Below are positions 18,241 through 27,120 of a stretch of DNA of 64,000 nucleotides, piece by piece (the first letter of the stretch is position 1; each line of letters starts with the position of its first letter). Made by a program: the position numbers and the translations under genes. Under the pieces are notes generated by a model. It did no database searches and was not told the DNA's origin. It was given only the letters and a program-made list of their open reading frames with translations. This stretch comes from Verrucomicrobiota bacterium (GTDB lineage: Bacteria > Verrucomicrobiota > Verrucomicrobiia > Limisphaerales > VHDF01), in contig VHDF01000004.1 of NCBI GenBank assembly GCA_016871495.1, positions 7,174 to 71,173 on the forward strand, read 5' to 3'.

Positions 18241-19755
18241 ATGCCCAAACGCACCGACATTCACTCCGTTCTTATCGTGGGCGCCGGCCCGATCGTCATC
18301 GGCCAAGCCTGCGAATTCGACTACTCCGGCACCCAGGCCTGCAAAGCGCTCCGGGAGGAAGGTTATCGCGTCGTCCTGGTCAACTCGAATCCGGCGACGA
18401 TCATGACCGATCCGGAATTCGCCGACCGCACCTACATCGAGCCGATCACGCCCGAAGCCGTCGAAAAGATTATCGTCCGGGAACTGGCCGAGTTGAAGCG
18501 GCTGACCCGGCCCGGCGGACCGGACAAGCTCGTGCTCCTGCCCACCCTGGGAGGTCAAACGGCACTCAACACCGCCATGGCCTTGCACAAAAAGGGTGTC
18601 CTGGAACGGCATGGCGTCGAAATGATTGGCGCCAAGGCCGAGGCGATCCACAAAGGGGAGGACCGCGAAGCCTTCAAGCAGTTGATGCTGCAAATCGGTT
18701 TGGACGTTCCCATTTCCGGCACGGCCCACAACATGGACGAGGCCCGGAACGTGGCGGAACGTATCGGCAAGTTCCCGCTCATCATCCGTCCCGCGTTCAC
18801 CCTCGGCGGCACCGGCGGCGGCATTGGCTATAACCGGGAGGAATTTGAAGCCATCGCCAAGCGAGGGATCGACCTCTCCCCCGTCAGCGAGGTGTTGATC
18901 GAGGAATCCTTGCTCGGATGGAAAGAGTTCGAGATGGAGGTCATGCGGGATCGTGCCGACAATTGCGTCATCATTTGCTCGATCGAGAATTTCGACCCGA
19001 TGGGCATTCACACGGGCGATTCGATCACCGTGGCTCCGATCCAGACCCTGACCGACAAGGAATATCAAATCATGCGGGACGCGAGCTTCGCGGTCATCCG
19101 TGCCGTCGGAGTCGAAACCGGCGGATCGAACATCCAGTTCGCGGTCAACCCCGCAAACGGGCGGATGGTGGTGATCGAAATGAACCCGCGGGTGAGCCGC
19201 AGTTCCGCCCTGGCCTCCAAAGCCACCGGGTTCCCCATCGCCAAGATCGCGGCCAAACTCGCCGTCGGATATCTCCTCGACGAGATTCGAAACGACATCA
19301 CGCGCGAAACACCGGCCAGCTTCGAACCGACCATCGACTACGTGGTCACCAAGATCCCCCGCTTTGCCTTCGAAAAATTTCCCCAAGCCGACCCCACGCT
19401 CACCACGCAGATGAAGTCGGTCGGCGAGGCGATGGCCATCGGGCGCACCTTCAAGGAATCGCTCCAGAAATGCCTGCGCTCCCTCGAAATCGGTCGCAGC
19501 GGGCTGGGGGGCGACGGCAAGCCCTGGCGCATCGGCGCCGAGATTTACGGAGACCGTGACCTCCTGCCGCGGGATCTCATCAAGGGAAAGTTGAGCGCCC
19601 CCAACGCCGAGCGCATTTTCTTCATCCGCCACGCTCTCCGGGCCGGGTTCACCATCGAAGAGGTCAACCACCTCACCTCCATCGATCCCTGGTTCCTGAC
19701 CCAAATCAAAGAGATCGTCGATTTCGAGGAGGAATTGGCGAGCGCGAGAGCGTGA
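18241..19755 (+). CDS. carB: carbamoyl-phosphate synthase large subunit, N-terminal half only
   Basis: [58 protein letters not shown]... The first ATP-grasp is intact. The ORF stops at 504 aa, shortly after [19 protein letters not shown]. Confidence 0.9.
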   Translation: MPKRTDIHSVLIVGAGPIVIGQACEFDYSGTQACKALREEGYRVVLVNSNPATIMTDPEFADRTYIEPITPEAVEKIIVRELAELKRLTRPGGPDKLVLLPTLGGQTALNTAMALHKKGVLERHGVEMIGAKAEAIHKGEDREAFKQLMLQIGLDVPISGTAHNMDEARNVAERIGKFPLIIRPAFTLGGTGGGIGYNREEFEAIAKRGIDLSPVSEVLIEESLLGWKEFEMEVMRDRADNCVIICSIENFDPMGIHTGDSITVAPIQTLTDKEYQIMRDASFAVIRAVGVETGGSNIQFAVNPANGRMVVIEMNPRVSRSSALASKATGFPIAKIAAKLAVGYLLDEIRNDITRETPASFEPTIDYVVTKIPRFAFEKFPQADPTLTTQMKSVGEAMAIGRTFKESLQKCLRSLEIGRSGLGGDGKPWRIGAEIYGDRDLLPRDLIKGKLSAPNAERIFFIRHALRAGFTIEEVNHLTSIDPWFLTQIKEIVDFEEELASARA

Positions 19756-19799
19756 GCTCGTGAAGCCGGCCGGGGACGCGATGGCCAATCGTGGGGCGA

Positions 19800-20183
19800 T
19801 CAACCCGGCGGCGCCATCCGAAACTCCTCCACGACGCGTCCGCCCATCAAGTGCTCCTGGATGATGCGTTCCAGCACGTCCGGGGCGCAGGAATGATACC
19901 AAACCCGGTCGGGATAAATCACTGCGATCGGCCCCCGCACGCATAGCCTCAGGCAGTTTGCCTTCGTTCGCAGCACCGAACCCTTCGTCCCCGCCAAGCC
20001 CAGTTCCTTCAGGCGCCGCTTGAGAAACTCCCACGATTCCAGTCCCCTTTCCTTCGCACAGCACTTGGGCTCGGTCTGATCCGCGCACAGAAAGATATGC
20101 CGGGTGGCCCCGAAAAGGCCCACCGATTCCGCCGCGGTCGCAAGCGCCTCATCCATCGCTTCCTCACGAAAGGTTGACCACAT
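19800..20183 (-). CDS. thioredoxin-like [2Fe-2S] ferredoxin domain protein
   Basis: [14 protein letters not shown]...[23 protein letters not shown] pattern (COG3411-like). The alternative start at 20156 (MDEAL) would avoid the overlap with the upstream gene. Confidence 0.7.
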   Translation of the reverse strand: MWSTFREEAMDEALATAAESVGLFGATRHIFLCADQTEPKCCAKERGLESWEFLKRRLKELGLAGTKGSVLRTKANCLRLCVRGPIAVIYPDRVWYHSCAPDVLERIIQEHLMGGRVVEEFRMAPPG

Positions 20184-21126
20184 TCGCCGGACAACCGGCC
20201 AGAAACGACCGTGCGTTCTCCACGGCGACCGCCATCAAACGCGAGCGTGCGGACCGGCTGGCCCAGGCGATATGCGGAGTGACCAAACACCGCGGAGCGG
20301 TCAACAATGGATTGCCCCCGGGAGGAGGCTCCACGGACAACACGTCCAGTCCCGCGCCGGCCAGTCGACCTTCGGTCAAGGCCCTGGCCAAGGCTGTCTC
20401 ATCAATCAGCGGCCCTCGGCTGGTGTTGATCAAAAACGCGGTGGGCTTCATGAGCGCCAGCCGGCGCTCGTTGACCAGCCCCTGCGTGGCGGGGGTCAGC
20501 GGACAATGCAAACTCAGCACGTCAGCCCCCGAGAACAACGCGTCCAGCTCAACGAACTCGATCCCCTCTTGCGCGGGCCGGTCTGGCTTCGAAGAAGACG
20601 CGATCACCTTCATCCCGAAGGCCTGGCCGAGCTTTGCCACGGCGGCCCCGATACGCCCCAGTCCCACAATGCCCAGCGTCTGACCATGCAATTCCACCAG
20701 GGGATGATCCCAGTAGCAAAAATCAGGGCATTGCGACCACCGGCCTTTCCGGACGGTGCTGGCGTGATGCCCCACTTGCAAAGCAAGTTCTAAAATCAGT
20801 CCGAAGGTCATCTGCGCAACAGACGCGGTGCCATAGGCCGGGACATTCGAAACAGCGATGCCCCGGCTTCTCGCCGCCTGCGCGTCCACAATGTTGAAGC
20901 CCGTGGCCAGCACGCCGATGTAACGCAACGATGGAAGCTCCTCCATCGCGGCGGCGCTAACCGGCGTCTTGTTCGTCAGGACCAGTTCCGCCCCTTGGGC
21001 CCGCGCGACCACCTCCGCCGCCGGAGTGCGGTCATAAATGACACAGTCTCCCAGCGCCTTGAGAGGGTCCCAGGATAAATCCCCGGGATTCAGCGTATGA
21101 CCGTCGAGAATGACGAGGCGCGGCAT
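20164..21126 (-). CDS. D-isomer-specific 2-hydroxyacid dehydrogenase (glycerate dehydrogenase/hydroxypyruvate reductase-like)
   Basis: 320 aa. NAD-binding [23 protein letters not shown]; C-terminal TPHIAWAS. Confidence 0.85.
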   Translation of the reverse strand: MPRLVILDGHTLNPGDLSWDPLKALGDCVIYDRTPAAEVVARAQGAELVLTNKTPVSAAAMEELPSLRYIGVLATGFNIVDAQAARSRGIAVSNVPAYGTASVAQMTFGLILELALQVGHHASTVRKGRWSQCPDFCYWDHPLVELHGQTLGIVGLGRIGAAVAKLGQAFGMKVIASSSKPDRPAQEGIEFVELDALFSGADVLSLHCPLTPATQGLVNERRLALMKPTAFLINTSRGPLIDETALARALTEGRLAGAGLDVLSVEPPPGGNPLLTAPRCLVTPHIAWASRSARSRLMAVAVENARSFLAGCPANVVNLS

Positions 21127-21141
21127 GGACCCGGCTTCCGT

Positions 21142-21936
21142 CTAGTACTTGGCCGCTTCCTTGTTTCCGCCCCGGCCAAGATGGTTGAGAATTTCGCGCG
21201 ATTTGGACAGCAAGAACCCGGCCTCGCTCGCCACGGCGACAAATCGAAAACCTTGCTCCAGCCGACGCTTCGCCGACGCGGCGTCCGCCACATGAATGCC
21301 CGGGGCAATGCCCCGTTTCCGGCACACCTCCAGCACTTTCTCCAGCGCGCTGACAAAGCGTGGATCGTCGCTCTCGAAGGAAGGGGGCCTCCCCATCGAG
21401 TTGTGCAGATCGTTGGGCCCGATAAACAATACATCAATGCCCGGCACCCCGGCGATCGCCTCCAGATTCGCCACCGCATCGATATGCTCGACCATCAACA
21501 CGACCAGAATCTCCTCATTGGCTCTCGCATAATAGGTCGCCGCGTCCGTGTCGAAATTGGTCGCATGAAGCAGTCCACCGATGGAACGTCGCCCCAACGG
21601 AGCGTAACGGGCCGCCGCCACCGCGTCCTCAGCCTCCGCTTTGGAATTCACCATTGGCACCACCACCCCCCAGGCTCCCGTGTCCAGAACACGCTTGATG
21701 TTTTCCCCGGTATTCCAGGGCACCCTCGTCAGGGGCACGCATCCCGCACCCGCCAGGATGGCGTAGCTCTGCGCCGCGCTCTCAAACGAGGTCGGACTGT
21801 GCTCCAGCTCAATCGTCAGCCAATCGAACCCCGTCCGCGCCATCAAACTCGCCACCAAGGGATCCGGCAACGTCAGCCAAGTCCCCACACAAGATTCGCC
21901 TTGGGCCAGGCGGGATCGCACCGTGTTCTTTTTCAT
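21142..21936 (-). CDS. HpcH/HpaI family 2-keto-3-deoxy-acid aldolase
   Basis: MKKNTVRSRLAQGESCVGTWLTLPDPLVASLMARTGFDWLTIELEHSP. Start taken at ATG 21936. Confidence 0.85.
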   Translation of the reverse strand: MKKNTVRSRLAQGESCVGTWLTLPDPLVASLMARTGFDWLTIELEHSPTSFESAAQSYAILAGAGCVPLTRVPWNTGENIKRVLDTGAWGVVVPMVNSKAEAEDAVAAARYAPLGRRSIGGLLHATNFDTDAATYYARANEEILVVLMVEHIDAVANLEAIAGVPGIDVLFIGPNDLHNSMGRPPSFESDDPRFVSALEKVLEVCRKRGIAPGIHVADAASAKRRLEQGFRFVAVASEAGFLLSKSREILNHLGRGGNKEAAKY

Positions 21937-21949
21937 GAGGATCGAAAAT

Positions 21950-22951
21950 CTATTGGACCTTGGCGCGCAACTTGGGGCTGCGATACACAGCCTCATCCAC
22001 GACCCAGCGCGGACGCCTTCCCTGCATTGCGTTCACGATGGCTTCCGCGGCGGCCATGCTGACTTTTTCGCCCGTTTCTCGCGTGAACGAGGCTTGATGC
22101 GGCGTGAGCAACAAACGCGGAGTGGAGCGGAGCGGATGGTCCGCCGGAAGCGGCTCGACGGCGAAGGCGTCCACCGCCGCCCCCGCGAGGACTCCTTCCT
22201 GGAGCACTTTGACCAAGGCCGCCTCGTCCACCAGCGCTCCCCGGGCGGTGTTGATCAAGTAGGCGGTGGACTTCATTTTCCTCAAGCGAGTCTCGTTGAG
22301 CAGGCCACGGTTGTCGGGCGTCAACGAGGCGTGGAGGCTGACGAAATCGCTTTGCTCCAGCAGCGTGTCGAGATCCACAAAACGAATGCCCAACTTTTCC
22401 GCCTCGGCATTCGGCGCGATGTCGTAGGCCAGGATCCGCATGTCGAAACCTCGCGCCCGTTTGGCCATGGCTTGCCCGATGCGGCCGCAGCCGATCAAAC
22501 CCAGGCTCTTGCCATGCACGTCGTGACCCCAGGCCGATTTCCACAAACCCTGCTTCATCGACTCGTGGCCCTCGGCCAAACGGCGGGCGACTCCGAGCAG
22601 GAGAGAAAAGGCGTAGTCCGCGACGGCGTCATTGAGGAGTCCGGGAGTATAAGCCACCATGATCCCCTGCTCCGTGGCGGCCGGGACATCAATGGCGTCG
22701 TAACCCACACCCCAACGCGAAATCATTTTCAGCGAGGCCGCCTCGGGAGCACGCAGCAACTCGGCTTTAAAGTGGTCCATGCTGGCCAAAACCGCGTCCA
22801 CGCCGGGTAATTGCGGCAACAGTTCGGGCACGGTCAGCGGACCGAGCTTGGGCGGGACGAGGACTTCGGCGCCCGATGCTTTGAGGAACTTGGTGGCCGC
22901 CTCGCCTACTTCACGGAAAGTGCGTGCGGTGATAAGAATTCGCCAGGACAC
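21950..22951 (-). CDS. D-isomer-specific 2-hydroxyacid dehydrogenase (phosphoglycerate dehydrogenase-like)
   Basis: GLIGCGRIGQAMAKRARGFDMRILAYD NAD motif. Probable GTG start at 22951; the 5' extension in the track is R/P/G-rich and unconvincing. Confidence 0.8.
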   Translation of the reverse strand: MSWRILITARTFREVGEAATKFLKASGAEVLVPPKLGPLTVPELLPQLPGVDAVLASMDHFKAELLRAPEAASLKMISRWGVGYDAIDVPAATEQGIMVAYTPGLLNDAVADYAFSLLLGVARRLAEGHESMKQGLWKSAWGHDVHGKSLGLIGCGRIGQAMAKRARGFDMRILAYDIAPNAEAEKLGIRFVDLDTLLEQSDFVSLHASLTPDNRGLLNETRLRKMKSTAYLINTARGALVDEAALVKVLQEGVLAGAAVDAFAVEPLPADHPLRSTPRLLLTPHQASFTRETGEKVSMAAAEAIVNAMQGRRPRWVVDEAVYRSPKLRAKVQ

Positions 22952-23604
22952 GGGCGCCAAGTCTAAAACCCGTCGCGCAAATAGCAAGATGGGGAAAGTG
23001 CCGGGTGTGAATGGAAGGGGCGGGCGCGGAGCACGGCCAGGTGCCAGACCACCAGCCGCAGCCAGGTTCGAACTTCGAGACGCAAGGGATTCCTCAGTCG
23101 AGCCCGCGTCGACGAAGCCGCTGCGACTGATCCCGCCGGGCGGGACACAATCGCGCCCCATCGAAGGGCCAAGGCGGGATCGTCAGCCACTTCCGATCAC
23201 ACCCAAGCGCCCGGAAAACCACGGAGGACGAATAATTCATCGACCGAATGGAGAATCCCGGTTCTCGAATCACTTCATGTGGACGGTCAGGCCCGGCCAT
23301 GGTCCTTTCTCCCGACCACCCAAGCCAGTTCGGGCCAGGTTCGTTGTCTACGCCGTCCGGACAAGATCCACCCCAGAAACGTTGAACGAACGAGCCCTTC
23401 GTAGGTGGCCAAGCAGATCGCGATCGCACCCCACGCCAACGATGACATCGCGCGGCATTTCTTGGCCGACACGCTCTCGGGAGACGGTCAAAAGACTCTC
23501 ATCAGCCTCATTTCCTTGTTCAGCCTCGCGGTGATCGCGGTCTATTCGCGCGCGGTTCGAAAGAGGATCGGACGCGTATCCCCGCGTCCCGACGGACAGG
23601 AGCG

Positions 23605-24345
23605 CTAAACCCCCCCGAACCGGCGGTGGCGGCGCGTATATTCCTCCAGCGCTTCGAAGAATTGTGGCTTGCGAAAATCAGGCCAAAGCGTCGGCGTCAC
23701 CACCAACTCGGAATACGAGATCTGCCAGAGCATAAAGTTGCTCACCCGCATTTCCCCGCTGGTGCGGATCAGCAAGTCCGGATCGGGCCAATGCCTGGTA
23801 TAGAGGTGTTGCGAAATGACTTGTTCATTGATTTCGGCAGGTTCGATCTCGCCTCTTCGCATCTTGTCGCCAATTTCACGCACCGCTTCCACGATTTCAG
23901 TCCGGCCGCCGTAACTCAGCGCGAGGATCAACGTCAGGCCCTTATTCTTCGCGAGCGCGGCCTGCGTTTTCGCCAACTGCTTCTGCACAAACTCGGGCAG
24001 GCGGTAGATTTGCCCGATGACTTCGAGCCGGACATTGTTCCGCTGCAATTCTCCGATCTCCATTTTCAAGAACCGGGCAAGATACTTCATGAGGGTATCA
24101 ACCTCGTCCTTGGGACGATTCCAATTCTCGACACTAAACGCGTAAAGCGTCAGGTACTTGATTCCCAGTTCGCCCCCGGCTCGTACGATGGACCGCACCG
24201 ACTCCACGCCCTGGCGATGCCCTTCCACCCTGGGCAACTGGCGTGCCTTGGCCCAGCGCCCGTTGCCGTCCATGATCACCGCCACATGGGTCGGGATGTT
24301 CGACCTTGCCTGGGCGCTTAATGCCGGATGGAGTTCTTTGGTCAT
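23605..24345 (-). CDS. uppS: isoprenyl transferase (undecaprenyl-diphosphate synthase)
   Basis: HVAVIMDGNGRWAKARQLPRVEGHRQG and RTSGEMRVSNFMLWQISYSEL motifs. Confidence 0.93.
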   Translation of the reverse strand: MTKELHPALSAQARSNIPTHVAVIMDGNGRWAKARQLPRVEGHRQGVESVRSIVRAGGELGIKYLTLYAFSVENWNRPKDEVDTLMKYLARFLKMEIGELQRNNVRLEVIGQIYRLPEFVQKQLAKTQAALAKNKGLTLILALSYGGRTEIVEAVREIGDKMRRGEIEPAEINEQVISQHLYTRHWPDPDLLIRTSGEMRVSNFMLWQISYSELVVTPTLWPDFRKPQFFEALEEYTRRHRRFGGV

Positions 24346-24935
24346 GGCGAAGGAATAGGTTTCGGCGGACGCCCGCGCAGTTGCAAATCATGCTGCTGGG
24401 CCAAGCATTCCGTGACGACATGATAAGCAGCCGCTTGCTGTTCCGGGTTTGCGTCCGGGTTGTTCTGGATCTGGCGGGCGACTGCGATCGCCTTCTCCGG
24501 CTCCTCCATCGCCTGATAACCGCTCGCCAGAAGCATCAAACCCTCAAAGTCCGTAGGCGACTTGTCCAGTTCGTCCTGGATCAACTCCACCGCCTCTTTC
24601 AGCCGGCCTTCGGAAGCCGCGAATCGAGCTTCGTCGTAATGGGGTCGGAAGGCGCCGAGTTTCACCGGGATGCTGAACAAGAAGCGCGAGAAGGAAATCG
24701 AGTAGCGATGGGCAAAGTAGGGCGCCCACAGCACGACGACGAAAACAAACACGAAGAAGAGCAGCGTGGTTCCGAGGGCCATGGGTTCGATCCAACCCTT
24801 CGCCAGGAGCCAAACCAGCGGTGCGGTCACGACGAGCTTCAGCTTGGCCCCGCTTGGGGCATCTTGAACTCGTGTCCATGGATAGAGCAGGGCCAAAACC
24901 ACCGCCGTCACCAGAAAGGGAACCATGGCCTGCAC
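24342..24935 (-). CDS. membrane protein with C-terminal TPR-like region
   Basis: 197 aa. At least three hydrophobic helices followed by helical repeats (GRLKEAVELIQDELDKSPTDFEGLMLLASGYQAMEEPEKAIAV). 4-nt overlap with uppS. Confidence 0.7.
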   Translation of the reverse strand: MQAMVPFLVTAVVLALLYPWTRVQDAPSGAKLKLVVTAPLVWLLAKGWIEPMALGTTLLFFVFVFVVVLWAPYFAHRYSISFSRFLFSIPVKLGAFRPHYDEARFAASEGRLKEAVELIQDELDKSPTDFEGLMLLASGYQAMEEPEKAIAVARQIQNNPDANPEQQAAAYHVVTECLAQQHDLQLRGRPPKPIPSP

Positions 24936-24955
24936 TCAGTTCCTGGAATCGGTTT

Positions 24956-25237
24956 CTATGCCGTCCATGGCGTGGAGGACGCAGCCATGGCGTCGAGAAA
25001 ACGCTCGAAGGTCAGCGAACCTGCTGCTCGATCCTTTTGAGCGATGGGGGCAAACCCGCGAAGAAAAGCGACCTGCCGCATGAGACTCTGAGTCAGGAAT
25101 GGAGTTTTGTAACCCTTTCCTGTAAACCGATACTTCCAAACGCACGAACGACTCGAATCGAGACGCTCAAAACGTCGCTTGACCCCTCTCCGACTGGGAA
25201 CGGGTTGCAGAATGCCTCGATCGACACAAGCCATCAC
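24956..25237 (-). CDS. hypothetical protein (possible remnant of foreign gene)
   Basis: 93-aa ORF with protein-like composition (WKYRFTGKGYKTPFLTQSLMRQVAFLRGF) in locally lower-GC DNA next to the R-M remnant. No family recognised. Confidence 0.3.
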   Translation of the reverse strand: MMACVDRGILQPVPSRRGVKRRFERLDSSRSCVWKYRFTGKGYKTPFLTQSLMRQVAFLRGFAPIAQKDRAAGSLTFERFLDAMAASSTPWTA

Positions 25238-25300
25238 AGACTTATTACGGGTTAGTCGAACGAGGCGGCAAGCAGTTTCACCGCTCCCTCAGAAAGGTCG

Positions 25301-25515
25301 GTGCATCCAGAGGTTTTCGGTGACCGGGTTGTCGTGGTAACGCAGACAGCCCTGTCTGCTGTTTCGCAGGCTGCCTGGCCTGCGGGGCGACGAAGGGAAC
25401 CAGGCGTGTGGAGAACAGGGCAGGGCCTCGTTCTTCACCCGCCGGGCCGACGGGCCGTCGGCGATACGGCAGGCTGGGCAGCCTGCGCCACACGACAGAC
25501 ATCTTCGGGATGCAC
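25301..25515 (+). mobile_element. MITE family B, copy B3 (intact reference copy, 215 bp)
   Basis: Termini gtgcatccagaggtt / cttcgggatgcac. Arms are complementary (caggctgcctggcctgc vs gcaggctgggcagcctg). Internal hairpin gcagacagccctgtctgc. Flanked by cagaaaggtc (25290-25299) and cagaaagctc (25518-25527). Confidence 0.85.
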
Positions 25516-25588
25516 GGCAGAAAGCTCGCCGTTGGGATGAGCGCCCACCATCGGAAACCCACACATGACGAAAAGACAGTCGGCTGGG

Positions 25589-25960
25589 GATGACTCAACG
25601 ATGTTGCAGGCTTCTACGGACTCCCTTCGGTGCGCCCTCATCGAGGCCGACCGCGTGGACGGCATGGTCGCCTTACCCGGCCAACTCTTCAACCGCACCC
25701 AGATTCTCGTCCGCCTCTGGTTCTTCGCGAAAAGCCAAGCCGACGGCGATACCTTCGAGGAAAAGATGCCGCGCCTCGTCGCCGAACGACAGGGTCAGTT
25801 CGCAGAGTCGGCCAGACTTGAAAGGTCCAGGCTACAATTGAACGCACTGGCCACAGCCCAGTCTGGCCGCCGTAGCTTTGGCGGAGGCGGGTTCGCCGAG
25901 TCCACGAAAAGGGAAGCCGCTATACGCGCCAGCCTAAAGAGGCTAGACTGCAACCTATGA
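25589..25960 (+). pseudogene. hsdM: type I restriction-modification methyltransferase (HsdM) C-terminal remnant
   Basis: [36 protein letters not shown] matches the conserved [33 protein letters not shown] block. TFEEKMPRLVAERQGQFAESARLE matches the HsdM tail. There is an internal deletion and a duplicated tail, and no N-terminal body. Confidence 0.7.
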
Positions 25961-26361
25961 GCAAAGCACGATTCACCGAGCGTCAGGCCGACGTGCGCGA
26001 GAGTGCCGCCCGCCTTGCCGAAGCAGTGGCCCAACCGGAAAGCGATCTTATCCGCGACGCCACCATCCACCGCTTTGAGTTCACCTTTGAAGTCGTGTGG
26101 AAGACCCTCAAGCTCTACCTCGAACGTCAGGGGCACGAATGTGGCGGGCCACGGCCGACGCTCAAGAAGGCCTTCGCCGAGAACCTGATCTCTACCACCG
26201 AAGAAGCCGACCGCTGGTTCCAGATGCTCGAAGAGCGCAACCTCACCAGCCACGCCTACGATGAAGCCCTCGCCATCCAAATCTACCGACACATCGTGCA
26301 AGACTACGCTCCCTTGCTCGGTGGCATGGCGGAGAGGATCCAAACCCTGAAATGGGACTGA
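25957..26361 (+). CDS. HEPN-domain nucleotidyltransferase substrate-binding protein (HI0074 family, HepT-like toxin)
   Basis: 134 aa. Rx4H motif RNLTSH at about 26236-26253. The ATGA start/stop overlap with the hsdM remnant fits the usual position inside type I R-M operons. Confidence 0.85.
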   Translation: MSKARFTERQADVRESAARLAEAVAQPESDLIRDATIHRFEFTFEVVWKTLKLYLERQGHECGGPRPTLKKAFAENLISTTEEADRWFQMLEERNLTSHAYDEALAIQIYRHIVQDYAPLLGGMAERIQTLKWD

Positions 26362-26365
26362 CCGC

Positions 26366-26683
26366 ATGAAGACCCTCGCCCTCCGCGAACGAGACCTTGC
26401 CATGCTACGCCGCACCTTCCGCTCATTCCCGTGCGTACGTTCTGTGCACCTCTTCGGCTCACGCGCCACCGGCCACGCCCGCCGCACCTCCGACATTGAT
26501 CTCGCCATCTCCGCCCCGGGCGCCACCATCGACGAGTGGCTGGCACTGACCGATGCGCTCGACGAAGCCCCCATCATCTACGAGTTCGACGTCGTCCGCA
26601 CCGAACGCGCGCACAACCCCCGGCTTCTCGAAAGGATCGCCCGCGAAGGCGTGCTCATCTATCCAGAGCACCCCATCGCATAA
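26366..26683 (+). CDS. minimal nucleotidyltransferase (MNT, MntA-like antitoxin partner)
   Basis: 105 aa. LFGSRATGHARRTSDIDLAI = the GSx(n)DxD NTase motif. Starts 4 nt after the HEPN gene. Confidence 0.85.
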   Translation: MKTLALRERDLAMLRRTFRSFPCVRSVHLFGSRATGHARRTSDIDLAISAPGATIDEWLALTDALDEAPIIYEFDVVRTERAHNPRLLERIAREGVLIYPEHPIA

Positions 26684-26926
26684 AGCCAAGATCGAGTTGA
26701 ACCGGCGGATGAATTCTAAGCCGCCTCGTTCTTCGACACTCTTGCGACCCGCACCTTCGAGTTCTCCTGGCCGCGAAGGAAGTTCTGCGCGCCTTCGATG
26801 AGCAGGTGAAGCTGTTGTTCCAGTAAATCCACGTCAACCTCCACCCATCCCGTTCCTCGACCCCATTCTCACCGCTTGGGCTTTCGACCGGGAGGTTGAT
26901 GCATTGTGTCGTGCCTCTCCCGCCCA

Positions 26927-27056
26927 GTGCATCCCGATGTTGCCGGTGATGCAGGTAGGGCGCGTCCGTCCCGGCGCGCCCCCGGAGCATGATGTTTTGC
27001 ATCCCGTGGGCGGCGGGCTGGGACAGGCCCGCCCTACCAACAACATCGGGATACAC
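26927..27056 (+). mobile_element. MITE family A, copy A1 (130 bp)
   Basis: TIR gtgcatcccgatgttg / caacatcgggatacac. Flanked by tctcccgccc at 26916-26925 and 27059-27068. Confidence 0.9.
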
Positions 27057-27120
27057 GGTCTCCCGCCCCTCACGCCATTTTCACATTGCGGCTGCACGGG
27101 CCCCGAGCGACACTCCAGGC

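Noticed and set aside
18019-20088. 689-aa ORF on the minus strand across the carB locus
   Set aside because: It is antisense to an unambiguous carB reading frame. Its composition is G/D/R/A/P-rich and low in complexity, typical of a high-GC shadow ORF, and it carries no motif.
23161-23604. Small ORFs in the 650-bp gap between the dehydrogenase operon and uppS, e.g. 23405-23608 (+), a 67-aa ORF with one hydrophobic segment
   Set aside because: GTG start, no RBS, no motif, and an overlap with the uppS stop. There is not enough evidence to call a gene.
26684-26926. Possible hsdS remnant after the HEPN/MNT pair; a coiled-coil-like reading LLEQQLHLLIEGAQNFLRGQ on the minus strand
   Set aside because: The stretch is too short and has no TRD or conserved HsdS motif. 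The strand is inconsistent with the hsdM remnant.
26655-27056. Recurrent 'proteins' such as MYPDVVGRAGLSQPAA...MQNIMLRRRAGTDAPYLHHRQHRD and MMFCI(P/Q)(W/R)AAGWDRPALPTT, appearing at 26655-27056, 30533-30769, 33514-33756, 36074-36298, 35833-36141, 47883-48068 and 47935-48195
   Set aside because: They are translations of the family A MITE in both orientations. The similarity is at DNA level, the frames are not maintained outside the element, and TSDs mark the element borders.
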